Part shown: positions 54,424-64,000 of the stretch, piece after piece
Numbering within the stretch: position 1 is the stretch's first letter
Layout: every line of letters begins with the position of its first letter
NCBI GenBank assembly: GCA_030770535.1
Contig: JASVEC010000001.1
Location: 2,294,001-2,358,000 of the forward strand
DNA from: Batkoa obscura
Lineage: Eukaryota
DNA: 64,000 bases
Direction of reading: 5' to 3'
Notes under the pieces: model-generated
What the model was told of the DNA's origin: nothing
Databases searched by the model: none
What the model saw: only the letters and a program-made list of their open reading frames with translations
Translations under genes and position numbers: made by a program

Positions 54424-55365
54424 ATTTCGATAGCAATATCACAAGTCAATCTTTTATCAAACTCCTAAAAGCATTAATGGCTTTTATGTACTTGTTTTTA
54501 ATCAAAATCCCCTACAAAGTTTTAGCAAGATTAAATGGCAAAATAGTTAATTTTAGTTCTTTTCTTTTTATTAATTTTATTTCAAAATGGAATAGAAATC
54601 TGACCTGTTTTACCTGATATTATATTAGGAGAGACCTGTAAGTTAGTATATCTAGAAAGATAGATAGATTTGTGCTTTTTGAACATATTTATTTATAATT
54701 GCAAGTAAAATAGTTAAGTATAGTTCTATTTATTAATTATAACCAAAGAGACATTAATAGGTATCGATTCTATTAACAAGAACTTATAAAAAAAACAGCA
54801 AGTTGATGAGACACATTAGTATAGGTAGTGATAAAACCAGATGTTTAAATAAATGCCCAGATTCAATATTCATAAACCACACATATATATCTAATAGCAG
54901 TGAAAATAGCGATTGTATTGTTGATTGACGGTTTAAACTTAACAATAATTCCAACTATACAAGTAGCAATAGCAATAATAAAAGTAACAGTGGAAGTGGC
55001 GGGAACAGGGGTTATGATAACAATGATAACAGTGTCAACAGGGCGGGAGTTGAGAAAAGTAGGAGCCTTTTTTTCCTCTGCTAATTTTTGCAAAATTTAT
55101 TTCCTTTTATAGTTAAAGAAAGTATCAACTGAAAAAAACAATCCAGCTTAAGCTTAGAAAAATAACTTATATATAAGTAGTATTAACGCTAAAGTTAGAG
55201 TTAGGGTTAGAAGAGCTAGGGAAAGGTAGGATAGGGGTTAATTTTCAATTAACTAAAACGGCTTAATCAGTCTCTGCTCACTTATTACCTAAGAATTGAT
55301 TCTTTGCCAAAACGAATAAAAATTTCAAAAAGATCCCTAACTTCTTAACAACTACCGATTTCATA

Positions 55366-56150
55366 GTGAACACAGATTCTCCATTATATCCATTCAACGA
55401 ACACTTAAGCCAAGTTGAAGTGTTTGGATATTATAATTCTGATGCAATAACTAAAATTATTACTGAGTATCTGAATACAAAAAAATTGAAGAAGCCACTT
55501 AAGGTAAGTGGTATATGGTCAATTTATAATTTAGGGATTAGATGGAATTAAAGCAAAGTTTAAGAAATTATAAGTATTAATAAAAACCACAAGGTTTATT
55601 GGAGATTTTAATAAAGTTGTGATATATGCACTTAGCTGCTAACTTAGGTTTGGAAATTAGGCATTTTTTTATGATTCTATTTTTGATTATCTTGAAGATT
55701 TGAGACAATTAAAACGGATAAAATTAATAAATTTTACTAGCTCCTACTTTACTGCTAAGAATAAAAATTTTAGTATAAGCTTAATCGACAAAGGAAGTAT
55801 AGTTACTTTAAGTTGCTTTGGAATTAGTTCTGCAACCAATCTTGATTATTTGAGATTAGAGACTCTGAGAGAAGCTCGTCTTAATCATTTATCAAAAGAG
55901 ATATTAGAGTCTATTTTTTTAAATTTAAAACATCTAGTCTACTTATTAGGTTTTGTAACTTCGGACGACAAAGAAACATTTGATAGCGATGATTTAGATC
56001 TGCATGGTTTTTATAAGATGCGAAACAATTTAACTAAATGCAGTTTTATGAAATAAATTAAAGTAGATAATTTTGAAGCCAATTTCGAAGAGTTTCTATA
56101 CTTCTTAACCTTTTTCTTAAAACTTGAAGTGCTCAAGACAATCCTTTGAT
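55366..56150 (+). pseudogene. Fragmented leucine-rich (LRR/F-box-like) gene relic
   Basis: Stop-interrupted frames with LxxL periodicity (LRQLKRIKL, LETLREARL, LNLKHLVYL, FLKLEVL); no clean splice structure removes the stops. Confidence 0.35.
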
Positions 56151-56384
56151 TTCCTTTAACAAAAGTATCTGCAACAAGTAGTTATAGCCTTACCCCTCAT
56201 TTACTATTTATTACGCCTACCACAACTTTTGATGTAGTAGTTCTTGGTAGGTTAGAAGCAACCCCAATATTGATTGGATGAAATTGATTAGCTATTCAAA
56301 ATAAATTATTTGTTGGTATAGTGCATTAGTGCTATTGTTTAAACACATGATTAACAGCATTTTTGATATTTGAATAGCTTCAAT

Positions 56385-56491
56385 ATATGGGGGCGCTTTT
56401 TGTTGGTTTCATTACTTTTTCTATTTTTAGGCACTATTTCGGTGGAAAAATTGCTAATAAAATTCTTAAGCAAAAAAACACATCCCCATAT
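56385..56491. mobile_element. MITE-like element, copy 6
   Basis: ATATGGGGGCGCTTTT...TTCATTACTTTTTCTATTTTTAGGCACTATTTCGGTGGAAAAATTGCTAATAAAATTCTTAAG...ACACATCCCCATAT. Confidence 0.8.
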
Positions 56492-56899
56492 TGTATAAAC
56501 TTCCTAATATACTTGAAAATGACAGCTAAAAAAATAGTAAGGATATCAGATAAATTGATTAACATTTCATTAGTGCTGAATATCTGCCCATTTGAAGTGT
56601 TATTTGTAATAACGAATCACTTCGTATATGTTTAGTTCGTTTGCTACTACTACTAATATAATAGCAAATATGAAACCCCTTTTAATACTGCTATAGGTTT
56701 ATTCTACCAAACATATTAGTTTCTTAATTTAGTCTAAATAAAATATAACTCTTTTAGTTCTTCCTAAAGTCAATAATTCGTAAATTTCAAGCCTAAAAAA
56801 TGAATAAAAAGTTGAAAGCATTAAGGGATCCCCATAGTAAATAATAAAAACAAACAAGATCTGATTAAAACTTATAAATTCTTACTTTTTATTAACCAG

Positions 56900-58008
56900 T
56901 TATCCAACACACTTTGATAAATCCTCTGGAGGATATTTGTTTTGTAAAAACGTCATAATCCTTTTAATTGACTGTATCCATTTCCTTTGGGTTTCATCGT
57001 TAAGCACGTGAGCTATCTGATTGGAATGAATTTTTTCTCTACCACTACGTTCATGGATACCAACCATAGTAACACCAATAGGCCAAGGTGCATTACCAAT
57101 ACTTAGTCTCAAATAATAATCATTAGCTTTAGCGTATTCTCTCTGTTTGAGTTGTATAGCGATATTGACAATATATTTCAACACATCCATATCCAGAGTT
57201 TTTTTCTTTAATTGTCTAAAAAAAGGCTTGATGTAATCCGTTGTTTGCATCATTGTAGCTGCTGCTTTTTTTCCTGCTGCACTACGTTTTACTTCCTCTG
57301 AACGATTGGCTATGTCCTGTTCCCATTCTTTTAAGGCTCGCTTATAATAGATGTATACTAAACCATATGCTCGATCTGTATCGGTTCTTAATAAATCAAC
57401 TGAAAGCTCTGAAGTGTCGATGTTTAAATAAGAATAATCTTTACTTTTTTTGCTGTTTCCCTCCTTCTCCAAATTTTGATTTTTAATGTCACTGTCAATG
57501 GCTTCTAAAATATTCATAAAATCATTACGCTGTCCATCTGTTCGCTCTTCAATGAGTTCTAAGGCTCTTAAACGTAAATGACGATGACTATCTGTTTCAC
57601 CGAATAATCTTATTGGTTGATCTTTGCTCCTCAATCGACGGATTACTTCTTCTTCAGGAAGTTTGGCTATAATGGAGTCTTGCTCTTCCTATAAGAAATT
57701 AATTACTTGAATTTGGTATTTTCAGGATTTCTTACCTCTTTTTCTTTTTCATTTTCTGGCTCAGATTGCTCATCTTTATCAGCTTGTTTCTATTAAAATT
57801 AAATTCTAAATTATCTTTCAAGTCAAATTCCTATTAAGCTTACTTTTGCTTTCTCACTCTCAAGCTTTTGTTGCTTTAAATACTCCTCTTCTTGAAGCTT
57901 ATTTATATCCCCTTTTCTGAAATATTTTCTGCCTCCACTTTCTACTTTGTTGATTTGGCGCTTCTTCTTTTCAATCTCTGATTTTAATAATTCGTTTAAT
58001 GAATCCAT
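56900..58008 (-). CDS. PRP18: Pre-mRNA splicing factor Prp18, 3 exons
   Basis: EVIRRLRSKDQPIRLFGET and YLRLSIGNAPWPIGVTMVGIHERSGREKI...HVLNDETQRKWIQSIKR. Confidence 0.96.
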
Positions 58009-58093
58009 TTTAAATTTAACCAGGTTAAGTTTAAATTTAACTTTTAAATTTATATAACCTTATTGGGTGACTTGCCCTTTTTTATTTTTTGAA

Positions 58094-59244
58094 ATGAAAT
58101 CGAAATTAAAAGTCAAATTGAATTTTCAATTTAACAAATGTTATACAACAGGGACAACAGCTAAACAAAGTTCAATAAATACTGAAACTTATTGTAATAA
58201 TCTGGTGAGGTAATCAAACTTGATTTTACTAAAAAATCGATTAAAAGTCGTTTAGAAATGGCGACTATGAACACTATTTAGTATCATTATTCACACCCAA
58301 GCTGGTGAGGGAAGGATATATAGCGCTGAGAGCGTTTAACTTAGAAACAAGTACGATTAAAGACCAAGTATCTAATAGTAATATTGGACAGATGCGATTT
58401 TTATTCTGGAAAGAAACAATAGATAACATTTACAAAGTAAGCAAAAATATATGTCAAAGTACATAACGATTTAATATAATATTAAGGGCAACCCGCCTCA
58501 CCAACCAGTTGCTTTAGAGTTATTTAAAGCCATTCAGTCTTCGCCTTTATCCGCTACTTTTTTCAAAAAAGTGATAAATGAAAAGGTATTTTAACTATAC
58601 ATATAGCATTACCATTTTTAGTTAACTTCAATTACAGGCCAACCAATTTAATTCTGAACACTTCAATTCTATCGAAGACTTAGATGCCTATGGAGAAAAT
58701 ACGGCCAGCAGTTTACTCTATTTACATGCAGAGCTCTTGGGTATCAGAGATGGTAAGCTTGATCACATACTCAGTCACTTAGGCAAAGCAATCGCAATCA
58801 CCAACTTAATACGGTCATTACCTTATTACTTAAGCAACAAAGAAATGATTATCCCATCACAAACTTTGGCTTTAAACACGGTTTCTCAACAGCAGATGTA
58901 TCAAGCTTTTGAAAATAAAAAGATGACAGAAAGTATGAAAAATTGTATCTTTGAAGTAGCTACCCGAGCTAACGACCATCTAATTACGGCAAATTCGATG
59001 ATGAGGGATTACCAAGATAAACAACATTTAAAATGGGGGTTCCCGGCAGTGTTATCAGGGGTAAGTTATTATTTGAATCAATTTTTATATTTTATTTATA
59101 GCTTTTTAGGTACCAACAGTTTACTTGTTGAAAAAGATGGAAGGGCTTGATTTCGATATTTTTGATCCCGGTTTTACTCAAAGAGATTGGAGGCTGCCGT
59201 ATTACCTTTGGAAACATAACCGCGGGATGACATTAGAAGTTTGA
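58094..59244 (+). CDS. NDUFAF6: Complex I assembly factor NDUFAF6 (squalene/phytoene synthase-like fold), 5 exons
   Basis: YCNNLVRNGDYEHY, ALRAFNLE, IGQMRFLFWKETID, PPHQPVA, LDAYGENTASSLLYL, SHLGKAIAITNLIRSLPY, DFDIFDP. Confidence 0.9.
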
Positions 59245-59824
59245 ATGATATAAAATAGAGCACTAAATAAAAGACTAGAACTCAATTTTTATTTTTTTAT
59301 TTTTAAATTGAGTTGTGTTATATTTACCTGTTATGTACTTTATGATTTAGGTTTTTTGGTGATTTAGTTAACAGAATGTTAGAGTCTACGAAGAAATCTG
59401 GAAGCTAAGATAGTTGATCATAAAAGGTCTTGGGTTGGGATATTAACTAATTTCATTTAAATTGAGGATAAGTGTGAAATTTTTTCTAACAAATAGATAA
59501 TCCACTCATGTGAGAGGTAGTTAGATTTATAAAACTTTGATGATAGAGAAATAACAAAAGTCTGTTGGTTATTAAAGAAAATCATTATAATGAAATATAT
59601 GGCAAATTGCTACTTTTTAGCATTCAACTAATAGTTTATTTTAATTCTATGTATAAATGATAGATAAATAACAAAATAAAATAAACTTCCAAATTTATTA
59701 TGCATGTTAGATAGAGGGGAATACTTGTAAAGAAGTGAAAAAAACTATTTGAAATCTTTCTAATATGGCAAGGATAAGAATTTATAGAAACTATATGATA
59801 AAATGGCCAAAAAAACTGATACAT

Positions 59825-59912
59825 AGTAGTTTTTTTTTGTTTCACCACTTTTTCCGTTTCTTGAGTACTATTTGAGGGGGAAAGCTGTTAGTAAAATTCT
59901 TATAAAAAACAC
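59825..59912. mobile_element. MITE-like element, truncated/degenerate copy 7
   Basis: TTTCACCACTTTTTCCGTTTCTTGAGTACTATTTGAGGGGGAAAGCTGTTAGTAAAATTCTTATAAAAAACAC matches the family core; termini eroded. Confidence 0.6.
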
Positions 59913-60359
59913 TAGCTTTATTGAAATTAACTGTTTTTTAGTAAGATAATTTACCTTATATAGTAAAAGCGCTCTACTAGGCTCTGTAGTAAACAATATC
60001 GATATTTGGTAGAAATAAGCTTTACTATTGAATTATATATTAGTATAGCTTTTATGTAATTATATGATTATGGTGAGAGCAAATATATAATGCATTGATT
60101 TTTTATTTTTTTATTTAATATTAGAGTTAGTTACTATAAAGGCCATATTTCAAGAAAATCAAAGCTCAAGTTTAAATTTTTATACCTATATTGTAAAATG
60201 ATAAAGAACATTCTGAATCGATAATTTTTTAAAATGAATTTTATATTTAAATCTCATAAATTTATATTAGAAATTCATACATTTATTCATACCTGCAAAT
60301 AAAATATAACTGAATATAAATATTTATTATTATTTAAATATGATATCTTAAAACATTGG

Positions 60360-60455
60360 TACAGCGATATTTGTGATTGATTTTACTAACAATTTTTCCA
60401 TTCAAATAGTGCTTAAAAAATGGAAAAAGTGAAGCCAAAAAAAACACTCCTATAT
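60360..60455. mobile_element. MITE-like element, copy 8 (left end degenerate)
   Basis: TTTTACTAACAATTTTTCCATTCAAATAGTGCTTAAAAAATGGAAAAAGTGAAGCCAAAAAAAACACTCCTATAT. Confidence 0.7.
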
Positions 60456-61607
60456 GAATTTTAAACCCAAGGGTTAACTTCCGGTATTGATTTATTATTA
60501 AAAATGTTAAGAACAAATATTATAATTATTAATGTTTTTTAAAATAAAGTAAAATAAAATATCCCTTTGATACATTATCAAACATGATTTTTCTAAATTT
60601 AATGCTAGTTAAAAGATGAACAACAATAAAACAAAAAAAGACATTCTTGTATTTGCAAATTAAATTTTAATCAAACTGGGATGATTTTGTCTTTGACTTC
60701 AATCAAATATTTTAATAGAGTACTAGAACTCATAAGAGTTTTATTAATAAACTAATCTAATTGATGAGTCTCTGAAACGATGATAATGATCATAGGATAA
60801 ACTTTTCTCCATATTTATTTAGCTGGGATTTTTTATCTGAGTTTCAATGTACAAATACTATGATAAACAATTTTATATGTAATGTATATCCACTTAAATT
60901 TTATTAATAATTGTATTCAATAATAATATTAAGACTAAAATAATTAAAAGAGAGGGGAAAAAGCAAGAATATCTAATATAAACAAAAAGATGTAAATATT
61001 TTTTCGTACAAACTTACTATTTTAAAAACAATAATAAACCTTGATTTATTGTTTATTACATAGGTTTTCGTATGTTTGTAGTTTTCATGTGAGTAGAAAG
61101 GGTTTTTAATATACAGCTACAGCTACTAAAAAAATCAGTATTGAAATAAGCATTATTTTTAGAAATAAAGAATATTTACTGCTACGACCAGTAACTCAAT
61201 ACTCTTTATGCGCACGAAAAACTATCACCATATAAAAAACAACCTAATAATAGCATTTATTTGTATAATTTGTATTAGATGTATACTTTAATTAATCAGC
61301 GGTAACTTTATTCACAGGATTAAAGCCTAAATCAAATCTTACAAAATTTTATCCTGGTAAAATAATGAAGCTATTAGACTATTTCCAAATATAGAAACTA
61401 TTTAAAACTTTCAACCTCAACTAGCATTATTAGTATTCAATTAAAAGTCTATAATAGATATTGTAGAATGTATTGTAGTGATAAAAATAAACTATCCCCA
61501 ATTCTTGGAACTACTATTTTGAAGTAAGAAACCCACTTGTTTTAAATTCAAATGATTGAAAGAAGATACAATGAATCTATTTATAATCTAGCATCGTTTT
61601 GAAAAGG

Positions 61608-61615
61608 TATATAAA
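61608..61615 (+). promoter_or_regulatory. Candidate TATA box of the repeat-protein gene
   Basis: TATATAAA ~70 nt upstream of the ATG at 61682; the AT-rich background weakens this. Confidence 0.4.
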
Positions 61616-61681
61616 CTCCTCTAATTTCACCAATTAAGAATATCAAAAAAACCAAATACTCCTTAATAACATATAACTAAT

Positions 61682-64000
61682 ATGCCTAATAACTCTAATA
61701 TCTACGTAAGCTTGGCCTTCTTAGCTGTATTCTCCAGTGTATGCCAAAGCGAAAAGGTTCTGGGAGCCAATACCGATTGTTTGTATAATCATAACGGCGC
61801 CTGCCAACCTTGTCCGGAACAATACTACTGGGAGAGTACCTGTCATGAAACTACAAAGCAAGAGCAGGACTTAGTTTCTGAGTTAAGGGTAAATGATACC
61901 AACAGTATTGGTTTAGAGCAATTAGGTTCTAATTTATCTTCAATGGTGGCTAGCTATTCCGAGAGTGGATCTATTTACCGTAGAACATATGGGAAAGAAG
62001 AAGAATACAATAATGACAAAAAGAAGAAAGAAGAAAAATACAATAATGACAAAAAAAAGAAAGAAGACTCTAAATATAATAAGGATACTAAGAAGAAAGA
62101 AGACCCTAAATATAGCAATGCTGATAGTAATAAGAAAGAGAAAAATGGCATCCCTATCAATTTGGGCTTTGATTTAAATTTGTTTGGTCATAAATTAGTT
62201 GATAGTGATTTAAATTTAAAATTATTTGGCAAAAACGGGCTTGTTGATGTTAAAGGCGGGGTTGACCTTTTTGATAAAAAAGTTGACACCGATTTTCAAG
62301 CTAGTTTATTAGGCAAAAAAGGTTTGTTAGATACTTCAATTGATGCTAAGGTTGGTGATAAGAAAAAAATTATCGACCTTGGTATTGATGCTAGCATTCT
62401 CAGTAATAAAGGTTTGGTCAACGCAAAGGTACAAGCTTCTATTGGTGATATTGCCAAAATTGTTGCTCAATTGGATGTTTTGGGTAAAGATGGTTTAGTG
62501 AACTCAAAGCTTAAAGTATGTATCGGAGATATTGCTGATTTATCAGCTCAAATTAATATTTTAAACAAGAATGGCCTTGTAGATGCTAACTTAAAAGCAT
62601 GCGTTGATAAAATTACTAAGATTTCGGCTGAAGCTAAACTTTTGGGCAATGACGGTGTCGCTAGTTTAAAATTAATGGCATCAATTAAAGATATCTCTTC
62701 CTTAATCCTTGAATCAAAAGTATTAAGTGTTAATGGGTTAGCTGAAGCCAAGCTGAAGGCTTCTATTGAAAAACTTGCCAAACTTGATATTGATGCAAGT
62801 GTTTTAGGCAAGAACGGTGTAGTGGATGTTAAAGCTAAAGCCTCAATCAATGGGATGGCTGACTTCATTATCAAGGCTAATATTCTTAGTGATAAAGGTT
62901 TAGCTACTGCTGACTTAAAAGCCTCTATTGGTGAAATAGTTAAATTAGCATCTCAAATTAACGTCATGGGAAGTAATGGGCTAGTTGATCTTAAATTAAA
63001 AGCTTGTGTTGATGGAATCGCTGACATAAATGCAAAACTCAACGCTCTAGGACCAAATGGATTAGTTGATTTCAAATTGAGAGCTTCAATTGCTGAAATG
63101 GCCAAACTCATGGTTGATACTAATATCCTTGGTGTTGATGGTTTAGTTGATGCTAAAGTTAAGGCCTCAATTGAGAATATCGTTAAAGTAGCTGGTGACT
63201 TGAACATTTTAGGAAAGAATGGATTGGTTGATCTGAAACTCAAAGCTTCAGTTGATGGAATAGCTGATCTTATCATTAAAGCAAATATCTTAAGCAAGCA
63301 AGGGCTAGCCAGTGCTGACTTAAAAGCCTCTATTGGTGAAATAGTTAAATTAGCATCTCAAATTAACGTCATGGGAAGTAATGGGCTAGTTGATCTTAAA
63401 TTAAAAGCTTGTGTTGATGGAATCGCTGACATAAATGCAAAACTCAACGCTCTAGGACCAAATGGATTAGTTGATTTCAAATTGAGAGCTTCAATTGCTG
63501 AAATGGCCAAACTCATGGTTGATACTAATATCCTTGGTGTTGATGGTTTAGTTGATGCTAAAGTTAAGGCCTCAATTGAGAATATCGTTAAAGTAGCTGG
63601 TGACTTGAACATTTTAGGAAAGAATGGATTGGTTGATCTGAAACTCAAAGCTTCAGTTGATGGAATAGCTGATCTTATCATTAAAGCAAATATCTTAAGC
63701 AAGCAAGGGCTAGCCAGTGCTGACTTAAAAGCCTCTATTGGTGAAATAGTTAAATTAGCATCTCAAATTAACGTCATGGGAAGTAATGGGCTAGTTGATC
63801 TTAAATTAAAAGCTTGTGTTGATGGAATCGCTGACATAAATGCAAAACTCAACGCTCTAGGACCAAATGGATTAGTTGATTTCAAATTGAGAGCTTCAAT
63901 TGCTGAAATGGCCAAACTCATGGTTGATACTAATATCCTTGGTGTTGATGGTTTAGTTGATGCTAAAGTTAAGGCCTCAATTGAGAATATCGTTAAAGTA
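61682..64000 (+). CDS. Predicted secreted protein with 27-aa tandem repeats, at least 773 aa, 3' end outside window
   Basis: Stop-free frame from ATG 61682 to the window end (missed by the ORF track because it has no stop). Signal-like MPNNSNIYVSLAFLAVFSSVCQS, a Cys motif, K/E-rich repeats, then GLVDxKLKASIxxIAxLxxxxNILGxN units. Confidence 0.9.
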   Translation, partial: MPNNSNIYVSLAFLAVFSSVCQSEKVLGANTDCLYNHNGACQPCPEQYYWESTCHETTKQEQDLVSELRVNDTNSIGLEQLGSNLSSMVASYSESGSIYRRTYGKEEEYNNDKKKKEEKYNNDKKKKEDSKYNKDTKKKEDPKYSNADSNKKEKNGIPINLGFDLNLFGHKLVDSDLNLKLFGKNGLVDVKGGVDLFDKKVDTDFQASLLGKKGLLDTSIDAKVGDKKKIIDLGIDASILSNKGLVNAKVQASIGDIAKIVAQLDVLGKDGLVNSKLKVCIGDIADLSAQINILNKNGLVDANLKACVDKITKISAEAKLLGNDGVASLKLMASIKDISSLILESKVLSVNGLAEAKLKASIEKLAKLDIDASVLGKNGVVDVKAKASINGMADFIIKANILSDKGLATADLKASIGEIVKLASQINVMGSNGLVDLKLKACVDGIADINAKLNALGPNGLVDFKLRASIAEMAKLMVDTNILGVDGLVDAKVKASIENIVKVAGDLNILGKNGLVDLKLKASVDGIADLIIKANILSKQGLASADLKASIGEIVKLASQINVMGSNGLVDLKLKACVDGIADINAKLNALGPNGLVDFKLRASIAEMAKLMVDTNILGVDGLVDAKVKASIENIVKVAGDLNILGKNGLVDLKLKASVDGIADLIIKANILSKQGLASADLKASIGEIVKLASQINVMGSNGLVDLKLKACVDGIADINAKLNALGPNGLVDFKLRASIAEMAKLMVDTNILGVDGLVDAKVKASIENIVKV
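62908..64000 (+). repeat. 405-bp tandem repeat, ~2.7 copies visible, each made of five 81-bp subunits
   Basis: Units start at 62908, 63313 and 63718 (TGCTGACTTAAAAGCCTCTATTGG) and appear identical by eye. Confidence 0.95.

Noticed and set aside
54372..56635. Short ORFs at 54372 and 56387 (and 60334)
   Set aside because: They overlap MITE copies and lack protein-like features.
62548..63702. Minus-strand ORFs of 108-114 aa, two of them identical
   Set aside because: Antisense shadows of the long plus-strand repeat gene.
62908..64000. Tandem array considered as CRISPR or satellite DNA
   Set aside because: No repeat-spacer structure; unit lengths are multiples of 3 and the frame is open throughout.

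Overview
Eukaryotic, very AT-rich, gene-dense genomic DNA with many short (~45-60 nt) GT-AG introns. It is most consistent with an early-diverging fungus (a Zoopagomycota/Conidiobolus-like assignment is inference only). The window holds about 21 protein genes, mostly housekeeping: ODC 3' end, DNA polymerase kappa, asparaginase-ankyrin, AP-2 mu, Vps51, RBM26/27, acid sphingomyelinase, a LisH regulator, NIPA, HP1/Swi6, Yme1, a secreted DPP-IV, kinesin-1, MTHFS, Utp18, Ade1, delta-COP, TM9SF, Prp18 and NDUFAF6. It also holds two tRNAs (Trp-CCA, Pro-UGG), at least 8 copies of a ~105-bp MITE-like element, and several gene relics. The most unusual feature is missing from the ORF track. It is an intronless, signal-peptide-bearing ORF from 61682 running off the window end, built from 27-aa amphipathic two-strand repeats nested in identical 405-nt (135-aa) higher-order repeats. 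Also notable are an orphan protein with a CENP-C/KNL2-type motif and a DPP-IV with altered active-site residues. Multi-exon gene coordinates were assembled by eye and give overall spans including introns.
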